From: a virus
Direction: 5' to 3' (one strand)
DNA: 64,000 nucleotides
IMG/VR virus record: IMGVR_UViG_3300020160_002696
Span: 22,851-86,850 of that record
Position 1 is the first letter of the stretch. Each line of letters opens with the position of its first letter. Shown piece by piece: positions 19,941-29,150 of this stretch. The notes below the pieces were generated by a model. It was not told where the DNA came from, ran no database searches, and worked only from the letters and a program-made list of their open reading frames with translations. The translations under genes were made by a program, and so were the position numbers.

Positions 19941-20156
19941 TTATTTTCTTACTTTTAATTCCCACATAACTGTCTTGCTGTCAACCAAAACTTCATTTTT
20001 CACAATGTAAACTTTTGACTTTTTTAATATCTCTCTTAGTTTAATTATGAAATTTTCATATTGATATATGTCTTCTATATAATCTGAAATATCAATTAAA
20101 AAGTAAGTTTCCTTTGAGAATATTAAATCATAAATTAAATCGTCTGTTTTCTTCAC
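19941..20156 (-). CDS. Hypothetical protein
   Basis: 71-aa ORF with GTG start; exact start uncertain. Confidence 0.6.
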   Translation of the reverse strand: MKKTDDLIYDLIFSKETYFLIDISDYIEDIYQYENFIIKLREILKKSKVYIVKNEVLVDSKTVMWELKVRK

Positions 20157-20257
20157 AACAAAAAAATTTTTTTCATAATTATATATTAAATAATATAAGC
20201 TCTTTAAATATGAACAGAGAAATAAAGTAAATGAATATATAAAAGAAAAAACTATTT

Positions 20258-21013
20258 ATGAGAGGAAAAAAGTATTCTAAAAAGGAAGATGATGTTGTAA
20301 GTACACCTAAAACTATCTTACAACCTGAGATTCCTAAGTTTAATATTCAGAAAATATCATTTGAGTTGAAATGTAAAAATTCCTCTCAAAAAAAATTAGT
20401 CAATCTAATTAATAACAATGATATTACTATAAGTGCGGGTCCTGCAGGTACAGGTAAGACTTATCTTGCTTGTGCTCAAGCTCTGAAACTTTTAAAAAGT
20501 GATAAGAGATATGCAAAAATACTCTTAGTGAAAAGTGTTACTGTACTTGAAGGTGAAGATGTTGGATTTTTAAAAGGAGATTTAAAAGAGAAGATGTTTC
20601 CTTTTACAATCTCTTTTTTGGATAATTTCTATAAGTTAATTGGTGAAGATAATACAACTGCTATGTTAAATGAAGGTTTGATTGAAGTTTTACCACTTGC
20701 TTATATTAGAGGTAGAAGTATTGATAACTCAATTATTATTGTAGATGAAGCTCAAAATATTTCTCTTAAAAATATGAGAAGTACTTTAACAAGAATTGGT
20801 GATAATTCAAAAATGATTATTACTGGTGATACTAAACAAATTGATATTAAAAATAAAAGATTGTCTTCATTAGATACTGTAGTTTCTATATTCTCTGGTA
20901 AACCAAATATTGGTACTATGGAGTTTCAAACTAAAGATATTGTAAGAAATCCAATTGTTATGATGATTGAAGATGAATTTGATGCTTGGGAAGAAAATCA
21001 ACCTAAAAAATAA
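20258..21013 (+). CDS. phoH: PhoH-like ATPase
   Basis: GPAGTGKT, GFLKG, YIRGRS, DEAQN, TRIG, GDTKQID, DIVRNP. Confidence 0.95.
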   Translation: MRGKKYSKKEDDVVSTPKTILQPEIPKFNIQKISFELKCKNSSQKKLVNLINNNDITISAGPAGTGKTYLACAQALKLLKSDKRYAKILLVKSVTVLEGEDVGFLKGDLKEKMFPFTISFLDNFYKLIGEDNTTAMLNEGLIEVLPLAYIRGRSIDNSIIIVDEAQNISLKNMRSTLTRIGDNSKMIITGDTKQIDIKNKRLSSLDTVVSIFSGKPNIGTMEFQTKDIVRNPIVMMIEDEFDAWEENQPKK

Positions 21014-21036
21014 TATTGAAATTTAATATATACAAT

Positions 21037-21258
21037 ATGGAATTTATAGTAGAGTTTAAGTCTTTTTATAATGTTGGTGATATTGTTCTTATAGAATATT
21101 GGTATAATGACATGATAACACCCTGTAAGGTTGTAGAGAAGCTTTCTAAGACAAAATATAAAGTAAGTCATAATATTCCTCAATCAGAAATTAAAAATGC
21201 ACCAGATGAAGAAATTAAATCATCTGATATAATAGATAAATTAAAAAACCCATCATAA
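21037..21258 (+). CDS. Small hypothetical (SH3/Tudor-like) protein
   Basis: Likely ATG at 21037 after TAATATATA; YNVGDIVLIEYW pattern. Confidence 0.65.
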   Translation: MEFIVEFKSFYNVGDIVLIEYWYNDMITPCKVVEKLSKTKYKVSHNIPQSEIKNAPDEEIKSSDIIDKLKNPS

Positions 21259-21269
21259 GATGGGTTTTT
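21244..21269. terminator. Bidirectional intrinsic terminator
   Basis: AAAAACCCATC-ATAA-GATGGGTTTTT between convergent genes. Confidence 0.85.
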
Positions 21270-21270
21270 G

Positions 21271-22548
21271 TTATGTGAAAAAATGATATTCATCATCACC
21301 TAATAGTTCATCTACTAAATTCTCATAGAAGTATCTATCATAGTCATTCTCCATATCTAAGTATTGCTCTCTGACAATTTCAAGTTCTTCTTTATTTAGT
21401 TTGTTACTTGAAAATTTAGTCATTATCCAATCATAATGTTTTACACCAAACTCACTATCAAGTTCAATTAGTTTACCACCATTATCAAAGTAAGTTTTAG
21501 ATTTTTTTCCTCTTCTTGTTTTCTTTGGTTTGTCAAAAAAATCATCTGCTAATAAATCATTTCTATCTGTATAATGAGTATAATTACCATCTTCATCTTC
21601 TTCATCTAAATCTTCATAGTAATTGTAATCTCTTGTTTTAGTAACTCCACCTGTTCTACTCCAACCTGTACCTGTTGTTGGATAACTTCCAACACTTCTT
21701 CTTGAACCATGCCAATCCGCATCTTCATCATCCCATTCATCAAATCTACTACCACTATAAATACCACTCCATTTTGAAGTTTTGTATTCTTTAGCTTCAT
21801 AAACTAATGGATCTCTTTTAGTTGGTAAGTTTTCCCAATCTACTTTTAAACAAGCATTTGCTAATTTAACTAAGTGTTCTATATCTTGACTTTCATTGAA
21901 AGTATGTTCTTTGTAATATCCAACAGATACATTTGTACATTCTGGAATAAGGTCAACAAACTCAGCAGAGTCTGTATAAACTCCACCATCATCTTTTACA
22001 TAAGAAAGGCCTGATTTATTTAATTCTTGACAAAATGCATCTGCAAATTCATCTGAACAACATCTTGACCAAGACTGGTGTGTAATAATTGAAGTTGTTG
22101 CTCTTCTATCAAATGAAATTATTCTATCATAATCTTTGAAATCACCAGATTTTGCTGCAGCACTTGAACCAACACAACCTACTTCTTCACCAATAAAAAA
22201 GTAATATAATCCTGGAATTTTATTTTTCATCATCCAAGTAAGTATTGTAACACCTGCTTTATCATCTGCACCTAAAGTAGTAGTACCATCTGTTTTAATC
22301 ATAAATCCATCAAGTACATGAGTAACAGGTTCATGAACTTTTGAAACTGTATCAAGGTGAGAAGCAAAGATTGTTTTTGACTCACCAATTTTACAGAAAT
22401 AATTACCATGTTCATCCATATCTATTCCTTGTGGGAATAAACCAAGTTTGAACATCTTATCAGCAATAATATTCTCACTACCATGAGGATATGTATTCTT
22501 TGTAAGTTCAATAAAAACTTCTGGTATGAATTCTGTAGATTTTGTCAT
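21271..22548 (-). CDS. M28/M20-family zinc peptidase with acidic low-complexity C-terminus
   Basis: SHLDTV, LGADDKAG, GEEVG, SFDRR, YTDS, GYYKEHT metal-ligand motifs. Confidence 0.85.
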   Translation of the reverse strand: MTKSTEFIPEVFIELTKNTYPHGSENIIADKMFKLGLFPQGIDMDEHGNYFCKIGESKTIFASHLDTVSKVHEPVTHVLDGFMIKTDGTTTLGADDKAGVTILTWMMKNKIPGLYYFFIGEEVGCVGSSAAAKSGDFKDYDRIISFDRRATTSIITHQSWSRCCSDEFADAFCQELNKSGLSYVKDDGGVYTDSAEFVDLIPECTNVSVGYYKEHTFNESQDIEHLVKLANACLKVDWENLPTKRDPLVYEAKEYKTSKWSGIYSGSRFDEWDDEDADWHGSRRSVGSYPTTGTGWSRTGGVTKTRDYNYYEDLDEEDEDGNYTHYTDRNDLLADDFFDKPKKTRRGKKSKTYFDNGGKLIELDSEFGVKHYDWIMTKFSSNKLNKEELEIVREQYLDMENDYDRYFYENLVDELLGDDEYHFFT

Positions 22549-22566
22549 TATTTAGATTTATTTTAA

Positions 22567-22598
22567 CAAAGATAATACAATTAATTATTTTTTCCAAA
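22567..22598 (-). promoter_or_regulatory. Bacteroidota primary-sigma promoter (TTTG-N20-TATCTTTG)
   Basis: Matches the -33 TTTG / -7 TAnnTTTG consensus, upstream of the peptidase gene. Confidence 0.8.
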
Positions 22599-22626
22599 CA
22601 AAAGAATAAAAATCTAATATATAAAT

Positions 22627-22701
22627 TGTAGCTGTTATATAATTCATGTCGGGTATCAATAGGATACCATTGAGATTTTGAAAAGAATCAAAGATATGGA
22701 T
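22627..22701 (+). other. Candidate structured 5' leader RNA (three-way junction)
   Basis: Stem ATTCATGTC/GATATGGAT enclosing hairpins GGTATC-AATAG-GATACC and GATTTT-GAAA-AGAATC. Confidence 0.45.
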
Positions 22702-22721
22702 CCAAAAATAAATTAAAACAA

Positions 22722-23675
22722 ATGGCAAAAATGCTTAAAACAACTACCACTCCAAGTGCGTGGGTAGTTAACTCAAAAGATAGAGGAAGAAAATCTATCA
22801 AAAAAGGAAAAGTCTATCTACAAGACAAAGAAGAATTTCAAATTGAACTTTTCAATCCTTTACAAGACTGTGTACTAGCAGACATCAAATTAAATGGTAA
22901 ATCAATTTCACAAACAGGTTTGGTATTAAATCCAGGTCAAAGATTTTATTTAGATTGTTTTATTGATGATAAAAAGAAATTCATTTTCAATACTTATGAA
23001 GTTGAAGACACTACAGAAGTAGCAAATGCAATTGCAAAAAATGGTTTATTAGAAGTTTTCTTCTATAAAGAATCAGTAGTTACATTAGAAAATTGGAATA
23101 ATAAATTTAATCGTATTCTTACTGGTAGAACATATCCTTATTGGACTAGTTATCCTTGGGGTACAACAAATCCTTATACTGTTTATTATGGTAATGGTAT
23201 TACAAATACTAATTCATTTAATACAGGTACAGGTACATTAGGTAGTGGTTTAGTTACAACAACTGCAAATACAGGCAATGTTTATTGTTCAACAGGGGCA
23301 ATTGATTTAACAAATCTTAAATCAACAAATAATGCATACTATTCAAGTACAATTGATTCTATACCAATTAATAATTCTATTCAATCATCATATTCAAGTA
23401 CTATTGAAACTGGTAGAATAGAAAAAGGTGAAAAATCTAAACAAAAGTTTGAATCTGTTGATATGGACTTTGATAATTATTACATTGCATCAACTATAGT
23501 TCAATTACTACCAGATAGTAGAAAACCAGTTGAAACAAAAGAAATAAAAAGAACTACTACAATATCTCTTGATAGTATTGTTCTTTTGGAAAAACTTGGT
23601 GAACTTCATAAAGCAGGAATATTAACAGAAGAAGAGTTTACAACAAAGAAAGAAGAATTGCTTTCTAAAATATAA
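22722..23675 (+). CDS. Hypothetical protein with C-terminal SHOCT domain
   Basis: Ends LEKLGELHKAGILTEEEFTTKKEELL (SHOCT signature). Confidence 0.8.
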   Translation: MAKMLKTTTTPSAWVVNSKDRGRKSIKKGKVYLQDKEEFQIELFNPLQDCVLADIKLNGKSISQTGLVLNPGQRFYLDCFIDDKKKFIFNTYEVEDTTEVANAIAKNGLLEVFFYKESVVTLENWNNKFNRILTGRTYPYWTSYPWGTTNPYTVYYGNGITNTNSFNTGTGTLGSGLVTTTANTGNVYCSTGAIDLTNLKSTNNAYYSSTIDSIPINNSIQSSYSSTIETGRIEKGEKSKQKFESVDMDFDNYYIASTIVQLLPDSRKPVETKEIKRTTTISLDSIVLLEKLGELHKAGILTEEEFTTKKEELLSKI

Positions 23676-23697
23676 TTAAAAATAATAACAGCTATAT

Positions 23698-23724
23698 AAA
23701 AAGAGAGTTTTTAACTCTCTTTTT
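23698..23724 (+). terminator. Intrinsic terminator
   Basis: AAAAAGAGAGTT-TTT-AACTCTCTTTTT followed by T run. Confidence 0.8.
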
Positions 23725-23739
23725 TTTTATATATAAGTT

Positions 23740-25125
23740 ATGATAAAAAGATACTTACAATTTATTAAAGAACAACAATTGTCTTTATTCCCTATGGATG
23801 AAGTAATGAAACCTGTTGAAGAAATAAAAACATATAGACTTGAAGATGATAAGATTGAAGAACTATTTGTTGAAATGAGTGATGAGGGATATACAATTGA
23901 TATTGAAAGAGGTTTTGTAGAAACTGAATTTAGATATAGTGGTGGAAAGTATCACAATGATTATAAAGTATTTGGACAGAAATTAGTTAAAGGTGAGGTA
24001 ACTCCTGCATACTGGGTAAATATATATGATACAAAACCAACAAGTGATGATGTTACTGATGTTGTTTTAACTGCAATTGATTATTTTGAAGACCTTGGTT
24101 TTGAAGCTAAAGTATATGAAAATAAGAGTGAGGTAAATTTAGATGAATTATTAATACAAGGTGGGTTCTTTTTGAAAGATGAAAGTGGTGATATAACTAA
24201 AGATATACAAATAGATGATAATATCGGCTTATTTGTAATGGATAAGAAAGAAACAAAAATTGATGCTAAAGAACTTTGTGAGTATTATGAATGGTTGTCT
24301 GAAAAAGATAAAGATACTTTTATAGAAGGTGATGATATTTATATTGTTGTTGGAATGGAAGATTTGGCTGATATATTATTAGGTGATGAAAAAAGTTATA
24401 AAAGTCAATTAATTGATGGTATAGATGATGATTACTATTATAGTTCAGAATATTATCCAGATACAAATTCTTTACTTAGTCATGATTTGAATAAAGAAAA
24501 TGAAGTTCTATTAGTTAAAGCTTTAATTAAAGAATATGGTGGATTAGATGAACTTGTTAAAGAAGCAGATAATGATAAATTAGAAGGATTAACAGAAGAT
24601 GAAGTTATAGAATATCTAACTAAAGAAAGATATTACTATACATTAATTGAGTTATGTAAAAATTCTGATTTAGTACAAGATATTAAACAAACTTATGGTG
24701 ATTATGCAGTAAGTGCTCATCAAGATGCAAACTATCAAGAACTTGTTAATGAGTTTGATAATATTGTTGGTGATAGAAGTTATGGTGCAGAATTATCATA
24801 TAGTAAATATGATAAAGAAGTAGAAGTTAAAAAGACTTATACTAAACAAGATGGTACAAGAGAAACACATACTTATCCAGAAGTTCAAACATTTTATAAA
24901 ATAAAGTTTGATAATAAATGGCTTGAGAACTTTGATTATGACTTCTTACAAAATGAATCACTTTATGATATATTTAGAGAGTATTGTCAGGCTTGGTTAG
25001 GAACTTTTAAGTTTGAACCTCACTTTTCTGATTATGGTTCAGTTGATTTAAAAGAATTTAATGGTGATGTTACTTGGATGTTAAATAACAAACTTGGTAT
25101 AGAAAATAAAAGAAATCCTTCATAA
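23740..25125 (+). CDS. Acidic hypothetical protein with N-terminal leader motif
   Basis: Starts MIKRYLQFIKEQ; TTATATATA upstream. Confidence 0.85.
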   Translation: MIKRYLQFIKEQQLSLFPMDEVMKPVEEIKTYRLEDDKIEELFVEMSDEGYTIDIERGFVETEFRYSGGKYHNDYKVFGQKLVKGEVTPAYWVNIYDTKPTSDDVTDVVLTAIDYFEDLGFEAKVYENKSEVNLDELLIQGGFFLKDESGDITKDIQIDDNIGLFVMDKKETKIDAKELCEYYEWLSEKDKDTFIEGDDIYIVVGMEDLADILLGDEKSYKSQLIDGIDDDYYYSSEYYPDTNSLLSHDLNKENEVLLVKALIKEYGGLDELVKEADNDKLEGLTEDEVIEYLTKERYYYTLIELCKNSDLVQDIKQTYGDYAVSAHQDANYQELVNEFDNIVGDRSYGAELSYSKYDKEVEVKKTYTKQDGTRETHTYPEVQTFYKIKFDNKWLENFDYDFLQNESLYDIFREYCQAWLGTFKFEPHFSDYGSVDLKEFNGDVTWMLNNKLGIENKRNPS

Positions 25126-25138
25126 AGAAGGATTTTTT
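25113..25138. terminator. Intrinsic terminator between convergent genes
   Basis: AAATCCTTC-ATAAA-GAAGGATTT(TTT). Confidence 0.75.
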
Positions 25139-25141
25139 ATT

Positions 25142-25519
25142 TTAGTAACAATCTCTAACTATTTTAAATCCAATTGACTTTAATAGAGAGATTATTTCTT
25201 TAAATTTAGTATTTGCTTCTTCATCAGAACTAAAATATAATGTATGATGGTTTTCACTATCATTAATAGAATACTCACTAATAAGTAATTTATTTAATAT
25301 TTCTTCAAACCAATTGTCTTCAAGAAAGATATAATCTGATACACAATCATCATCTTTCTCAACAGGTCCCCAATAAATATCATAATACCTTTTATTTGTA
25401 CCATATTTTATTTCTCCCCAATTTTCTCCCTTTTCAATTGCAATTTTCTTGGTTTTTACTTCTGATATAAGTGATGAATCTTGTAAGTTGCTAATAGATA
25501 TTGGATATAGATTTGTCAT
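25142..25519 (-). CDS. Hypothetical protein (host-promoter driven)
   Basis: 125-aa ORF directly behind a Bacteroidota-type promoter. Confidence 0.75.
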   Translation of the reverse strand: MTNLYPISISNLQDSSLISEVKTKKIAIEKGENWGEIKYGTNKRYYDIYWGPVEKDDDCVSDYIFLEDNWFEEILNKLLISEYSINDSENHHTLYFSSDEEANTKFKEIISLLKSIGFKIVRDCY

Positions 25520-25541
25520 ATTTTAGTTTTTTAGTGAGTAA

Positions 25542-25573
25542 CAAAGATAATATAAATATATGATATAACCAAA
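25542..25573 (-). promoter_or_regulatory. Bacteroidota primary-sigma promoter (TTTG-N20-TATCTTTG)
   Basis: Both boxes present with 20-nt spacer. Confidence 0.8.
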
Positions 25574-25581
25574 AAGATTTT

Positions 25582-26154
25582 TTATTTTTGTAAGTTCATA
25601 TATTCTTTTAACTTCAATAACAAATAATCTGTTATTAAGTCTGATGTTTTTATTGAGTCAATAAATTTAGCACTTACTCTTACAGACTTACTCACCTTTT
25701 CTACTTCTGAACCATCACCAGTTGGAGTTACTTCTGAATATTCTCTTTCATTTAAAGGAATAATAAATGGATGATACTTTGATGTCATTCCCTTAGAGAT
25801 ATACAAAGGTTTTAATGGATCTAATTTATAATTCTCATTGACTACTATACCAGCTTCTTCTTCAAGTTCTCTTAACATAGCAGTTTCAATTGCTTCACCA
25901 GTTTCTACTTGTCCACCAACTACAGTTGCATGATATTCTTGACCATCAACATATTTATAAGTTGGGATATATTCATATCTTAAAATGAATTCATTTTTCT
26001 CAATTAAGTAAGGAATACAAACAACTAAGTCTCTTTCTTTTATAATTGACCAATCTTCAAAGTCAATAACTTTTATAGCTTCATCTGAGTAAAGAACTTT
26101 TTCTTTACCTTCTTCAAATTCATTTTTAGGTTTCATCTTTGAAAACTTATCCAT
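25582..26154 (-). CDS. NUDIX hydrolase (ADP-ribose pyrophosphatase-like)
   Basis: Nudix box GQVETGEAIETAMLRELEEEAG. Confidence 0.9.
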   Translation of the reverse strand: MDKFSKMKPKNEFEEGKEKVLYSDEAIKVIDFEDWSIIKERDLVVCIPYLIEKNEFILRYEYIPTYKYVDGQEYHATVVGGQVETGEAIETAMLRELEEEAGIVVNENYKLDPLKPLYISKGMTSKYHPFIIPLNEREYSEVTPTGDGSEVEKVSKSVRVSAKFIDSIKTSDLITDYLLLKLKEYMNLQK

Positions 26155-26171
26155 TTTATTTTATTTATTTT

Positions 26172-26619
26172 TTACATGAAAGGTTTTAATGCCTCTTCAT
26201 CAAGTTCTATTCCTAAGATAAACTTAAACTCACCACCTACTTTTTTAACATCTGATGATAAAGTACCATTATACATTATTTCTTTACCATTTTCTTTAAC
26301 TAAAATACTTGCTAATAATTTATATGTTCTCTTATCTGTTTCAGTTGAACCTTCATTATTATCTGCTTTTCTTATCCATTCATCATATTGGTCAAATTTA
26401 TCTTGTTTAAATCTAACTTCTTTATATACATCTAACTCTACCAAGTATTGAAAATTTTCATCTTTGGTCCAAGTTTTTAGTTTACGGTCATATTTAAGAT
26501 ATTTCTCAGTAAAGTTTGTTTGATAATCTTCTATTTCTCTTAGACATTGTATCTAATTCTTCTTTAGTAAGTCTTGTTAACTTTCTTGATTTATGTTGAT
26601 TAAAATTTTGTATCTTCAT
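26172..26619 (-). pseudogene. Frameshifted hypothetical gene (leader MKIQNFNQ)
   Basis: ATG at 26619 is TAATG-coupled to the upstream gene and stops after 37 aa; the +1 frame from about 26540 is open and continues into ORF 26172..26444. Confidence 0.55.
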
Positions 26620-26849
26620 TATTCTTTAGTTATTTTATAACCTAATTTTTTTATCATTTCAGTTACATCTAATATTAGATTTGTGGCTAAATCATGTGTC
26701 ATTACAAATCTACCATCATTATCATCTATAATAGATTTTATTTCACTTGTATAGTTCTTTCTAAAAGAAACATAGTCTTTATTAGAACTATCAAATTTAT
26801 TTAGTATTTCCTTGTTATCTATAACCTCATTAAATTTCTTTATCTTCAT
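26619..26849 (-). CDS. Small protein with N-terminal leader motif
   Basis: Starts MKIKKFNEV; TAATATATA upstream. Confidence 0.8.
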   Translation of the reverse strand: MKIKKFNEVIDNKEILNKFDSSNKDYVSFRKNYTSEIKSIIDDNDGRFVMTHDLATNLILDVTEMIKKLGYKITKE

Positions 26850-26866
26850 ATTATTATATATTAAAA

Positions 26867-27505
26867 TTAATAAGCATAGTTTTTGGTAGGTTTTCTACAT
26901 TTCAACTGAGACTTAACATTATTCATTTCATTTGTACCAAGTTCTAACTTAGCATTTTTTCTTTTCATAACTAAACCTTCATACATATCAATTTTTATCA
27001 AATCATTATATAAGTCTAAGAAACCACCATTGTAAGATTTTACTCTGTAGATGTTTTCTGAAATACCATACAAGTGTTCTTTCTCACAATCTACTTGACC
27101 ATATAAGTCATTTAAAATTGCAACTCTTTGTTCAAAAGTAGTTCCTACTAAATAGTTACCCTCAAGAACAAGAATATCAAAAATAACAAACTTATGATTA
27201 AATGGTCTACCAGTTTCATCATTCTGAGATTTGTTCATATACTCACCATTGATTACCATCCATTCACCATTACCTCTATACATAGAAGAAACTTCTTCAT
27301 CTGTTATTCTGAAATTAGTAAGTCTTTGATTGTGTCTATTCATTACAATGTGTTTTTCACCATTTGTATAAATAGTAGTATTAGAACCATTAAGTTTTGG
27401 TTGTCCTAATAATGAGTCATTGTCCCAAAAAGTTAACTCGTCCGAAGGAATTGCATTCTTTGGACGAGGTGGATAGATATAAATGAATTTTGAATATTGT
27501 GCCAT
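26867..27505 (-). CDS. Minimal ATP-dependent ligase-like nucleotidyltransferase (adenylation domain only)
   Basis: Motif I QPKLNG, NGE, FDIL, EGLVMK and C-terminal K-x-R; 212 aa, no OB domain. TATCTTTG at 27521-27528 upstream. Confidence 0.8.
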   Translation of the reverse strand: MAQYSKFIYIYPPRPKNAIPSDELTFWDNDSLLGQPKLNGSNTTIYTNGEKHIVMNRHNQRLTNFRITDEEVSSMYRGNGEWMVINGEYMNKSQNDETGRPFNHKFVIFDILVLEGNYLVGTTFEQRVAILNDLYGQVDCEKEHLYGISENIYRVKSYNGGFLDLYNDLIKIDMYEGLVMKRKNAKLELGTNEMNNVKSQLKCRKPTKNYAY

Positions 27506-27539
27506 ATCTTAATATTTCTACAAAGATAAGGATTATTTT

Positions 27540-28025
27540 TTAATAATTATATAAAGCTTGCATTTTTTCTGCAATTCTAATTCCAATTGGAGTATTCATC
27601 AAATCTGGTCTTGGAACATAACCACATCTAATTAATTCTATTCTATCTGCATCAAAACAAGCTCCTATTGTAATATCTTCTTTATTTACTACTCCTTTAT
27701 GATGATACTTACAAGCTTCCCATAACTGTTCTATTTGAGTTCTATTTAAGAAATTTTCTAATTCACTTTCAATCTCTCTAACATAATTGGCTGACCTGTC
27801 ACCATGTTCAGGGTCTTGGAAATCATCCAGTCTTTTACAATCATGAATATGTGCAAATAATCTAACAACAGTTAAATCAACACCAGGTTGATTAGCTAAC
27901 ATAATTCCATTCTTTTCAACTTCATCCCAATGGTCAAACCCATGTATATTATGGTCTTCCAAGATGAATTGTTCTTTTGCTAATTTTATAATTTTTTGAA
28001 TTGCTTCTTCTAATGATCCAGTCAT
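27540..28025 (-). CDS. HD-domain phosphohydrolase
   Basis: HGFDH, HD, EHG, HH and DADR motifs. Confidence 0.85.
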   Translation of the reverse strand: MTGSLEEAIQKIIKLAKEQFILEDHNIHGFDHWDEVEKNGIMLANQPGVDLTVVRLFAHIHDCKRLDDFQDPEHGDRSANYVREIESELENFLNRTQIEQLWEACKYHHKGVVNKEDITIGACFDADRIELIRCGYVPRPDLMNTPIGIRIAEKMQALYNY

Positions 28026-28068
28026 ATTTTTTTATATTATTTATTAAATTTTATGCGACATCATGATA

Positions 28069-28791
28069 CTATAATAAGATATTTTGTTCACTCTTACCTT
28101 TTTTAAAGAGATCAAAACTAATATTCTTGAATATTACAAATAAGTCTTTTTTATGTTTATTTTCTCTTGATAGATAATGTTGTGAATTTGTATCTTTTAG
28201 ATGCATATCTAATTTTTGATCCATTATCTGTAGAGGACAATGAATTTTATAAGTATGTCCTTTATATTCAAAGGTATTATATCTAACATCATTATCTAAG
28301 AAATAATCAACTTTGTAGATGTATTCATTACCAAATACTTTTATTAAGCAATTTACTACTAATATAAAGGGAAATAAAAAACTATTTAAAAATGAATTTA
28401 TAGTTACTTCTTTTCTATAAACATGTTGTTTATATCCTAATCTATTTTCAGAAAAACCAACATCACCACTATATGAGTGGTCATTATAATAATGTGCATT
28501 TGGATATCTGTCTTTATCTTTGATAAGAACATCAATATCATTACAACTTCTATTTATTAGACCATAAAGATTTAATGCAAAAGAACCTGTGATAACATCA
28601 TCAGGACAAACTATTTTTAAAAAATCAAGCTCATTTTCATGAACTTCCATATTCACAGGTGATACTGAAAATTTAACATCATCAGTAGTTATCACTTGTA
28701 TCTTTAAGTCTCTTAAAGCACTCTTTGGCTCAAAGTCTATTACCCAACTTGGGGTATCATATATTCCCATATCATCTGTAGTTTCAAACAT
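28069..28791 (-). CDS. Nucleotidyltransferase-fold protein
   Basis: ITGSFAL..LYG...DIDV (GS + DxD) and C-terminal KHKKDL. Confidence 0.65.
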   Translation of the reverse strand: MFETTDDMGIYDTPSWVIDFEPKSALRDLKIQVITTDDVKFSVSPVNMEVHENELDFLKIVCPDDVITGSFALNLYGLINRSCNDIDVLIKDKDRYPNAHYYNDHSYSGDVGFSENRLGYKQHVYRKEVTINSFLNSFLFPFILVVNCLIKVFGNEYIYKVDYFLDNDVRYNTFEYKGHTYKIHCPLQIMDQKLDMHLKDTNSQHYLSRENKHKKDLFVIFKNISFDLFKKGKSEQNILL

Positions 28792-28934
28792 TATTCTATT
28801 TTTGTTATGATATGTTTATTCCACCACTTAAAAAACTTATTCTCTTTGTCAAGATTAGGTATAATCAATCTGTCAATACTAATCATTAAGAAAAGTAAGA
28901 CACTCAAAGTCAAAAGTATTAAAGGTAATATCAT
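28791..28934 (-). CDS. Small membrane protein (47 aa)
   Basis: Manual translation MILPLILLTLSVLLFLMISIDRLIIPNLDKENKFFKWWNKHIITKIE; TAATG coupling. Confidence 0.6.
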   Translation of the reverse strand: MILPLILLTLSVLLFLMISIDRLIIPNLDKENKFFKWWNKHIITKIE

Positions 28935-28946
28935 AATATTGTTAAA

Positions 28947-29099
28947 TTAGAAAGGTAAGTCATTTATAGTCTCTTTCTCAACATTTGTTTGAAAATATTC
29001 AGACTGATTTTTAAAATCTTCTGCCATAATTAACAATTCATTTAATTGAGCTGGATCCATATTAGGATTTTCCATATAATCATTGATAGTCTCGTACAT
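28947..29099 (-). CDS. 50-aa acidic protein ending in DLPF
   Basis: Manual translation MYETINDYMENPNMDPAQLNELLIMAEDFKNQSEYFQTNVEKETINDLPF; TATATTTG box at 29118-29125 upstream. Confidence 0.65.
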   Translation of the reverse strand: MYETINDYMENPNMDPAQLNELLIMAEDFKNQSEYFQTNVEKETINDLPF

Positions 29100-29150
29100 A
29101 GTGTTTTATTTAGAATACAAATATAAGATAAAATTTTAATATATACAAAT

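Noticed and set aside
20150-20180. Upstream ATG at 20176 for ORF 19941..20156
   Set aside because: Out of frame across A7/T7 runs; a homopolymer error cannot be distinguished from a true GTG start.
22642-22701. Hammerhead ribozyme or purine riboswitch
   Set aside because: A three-way junction is present, but the CUGANGA/GAAA core and purine-riboswitch junction residues are not.
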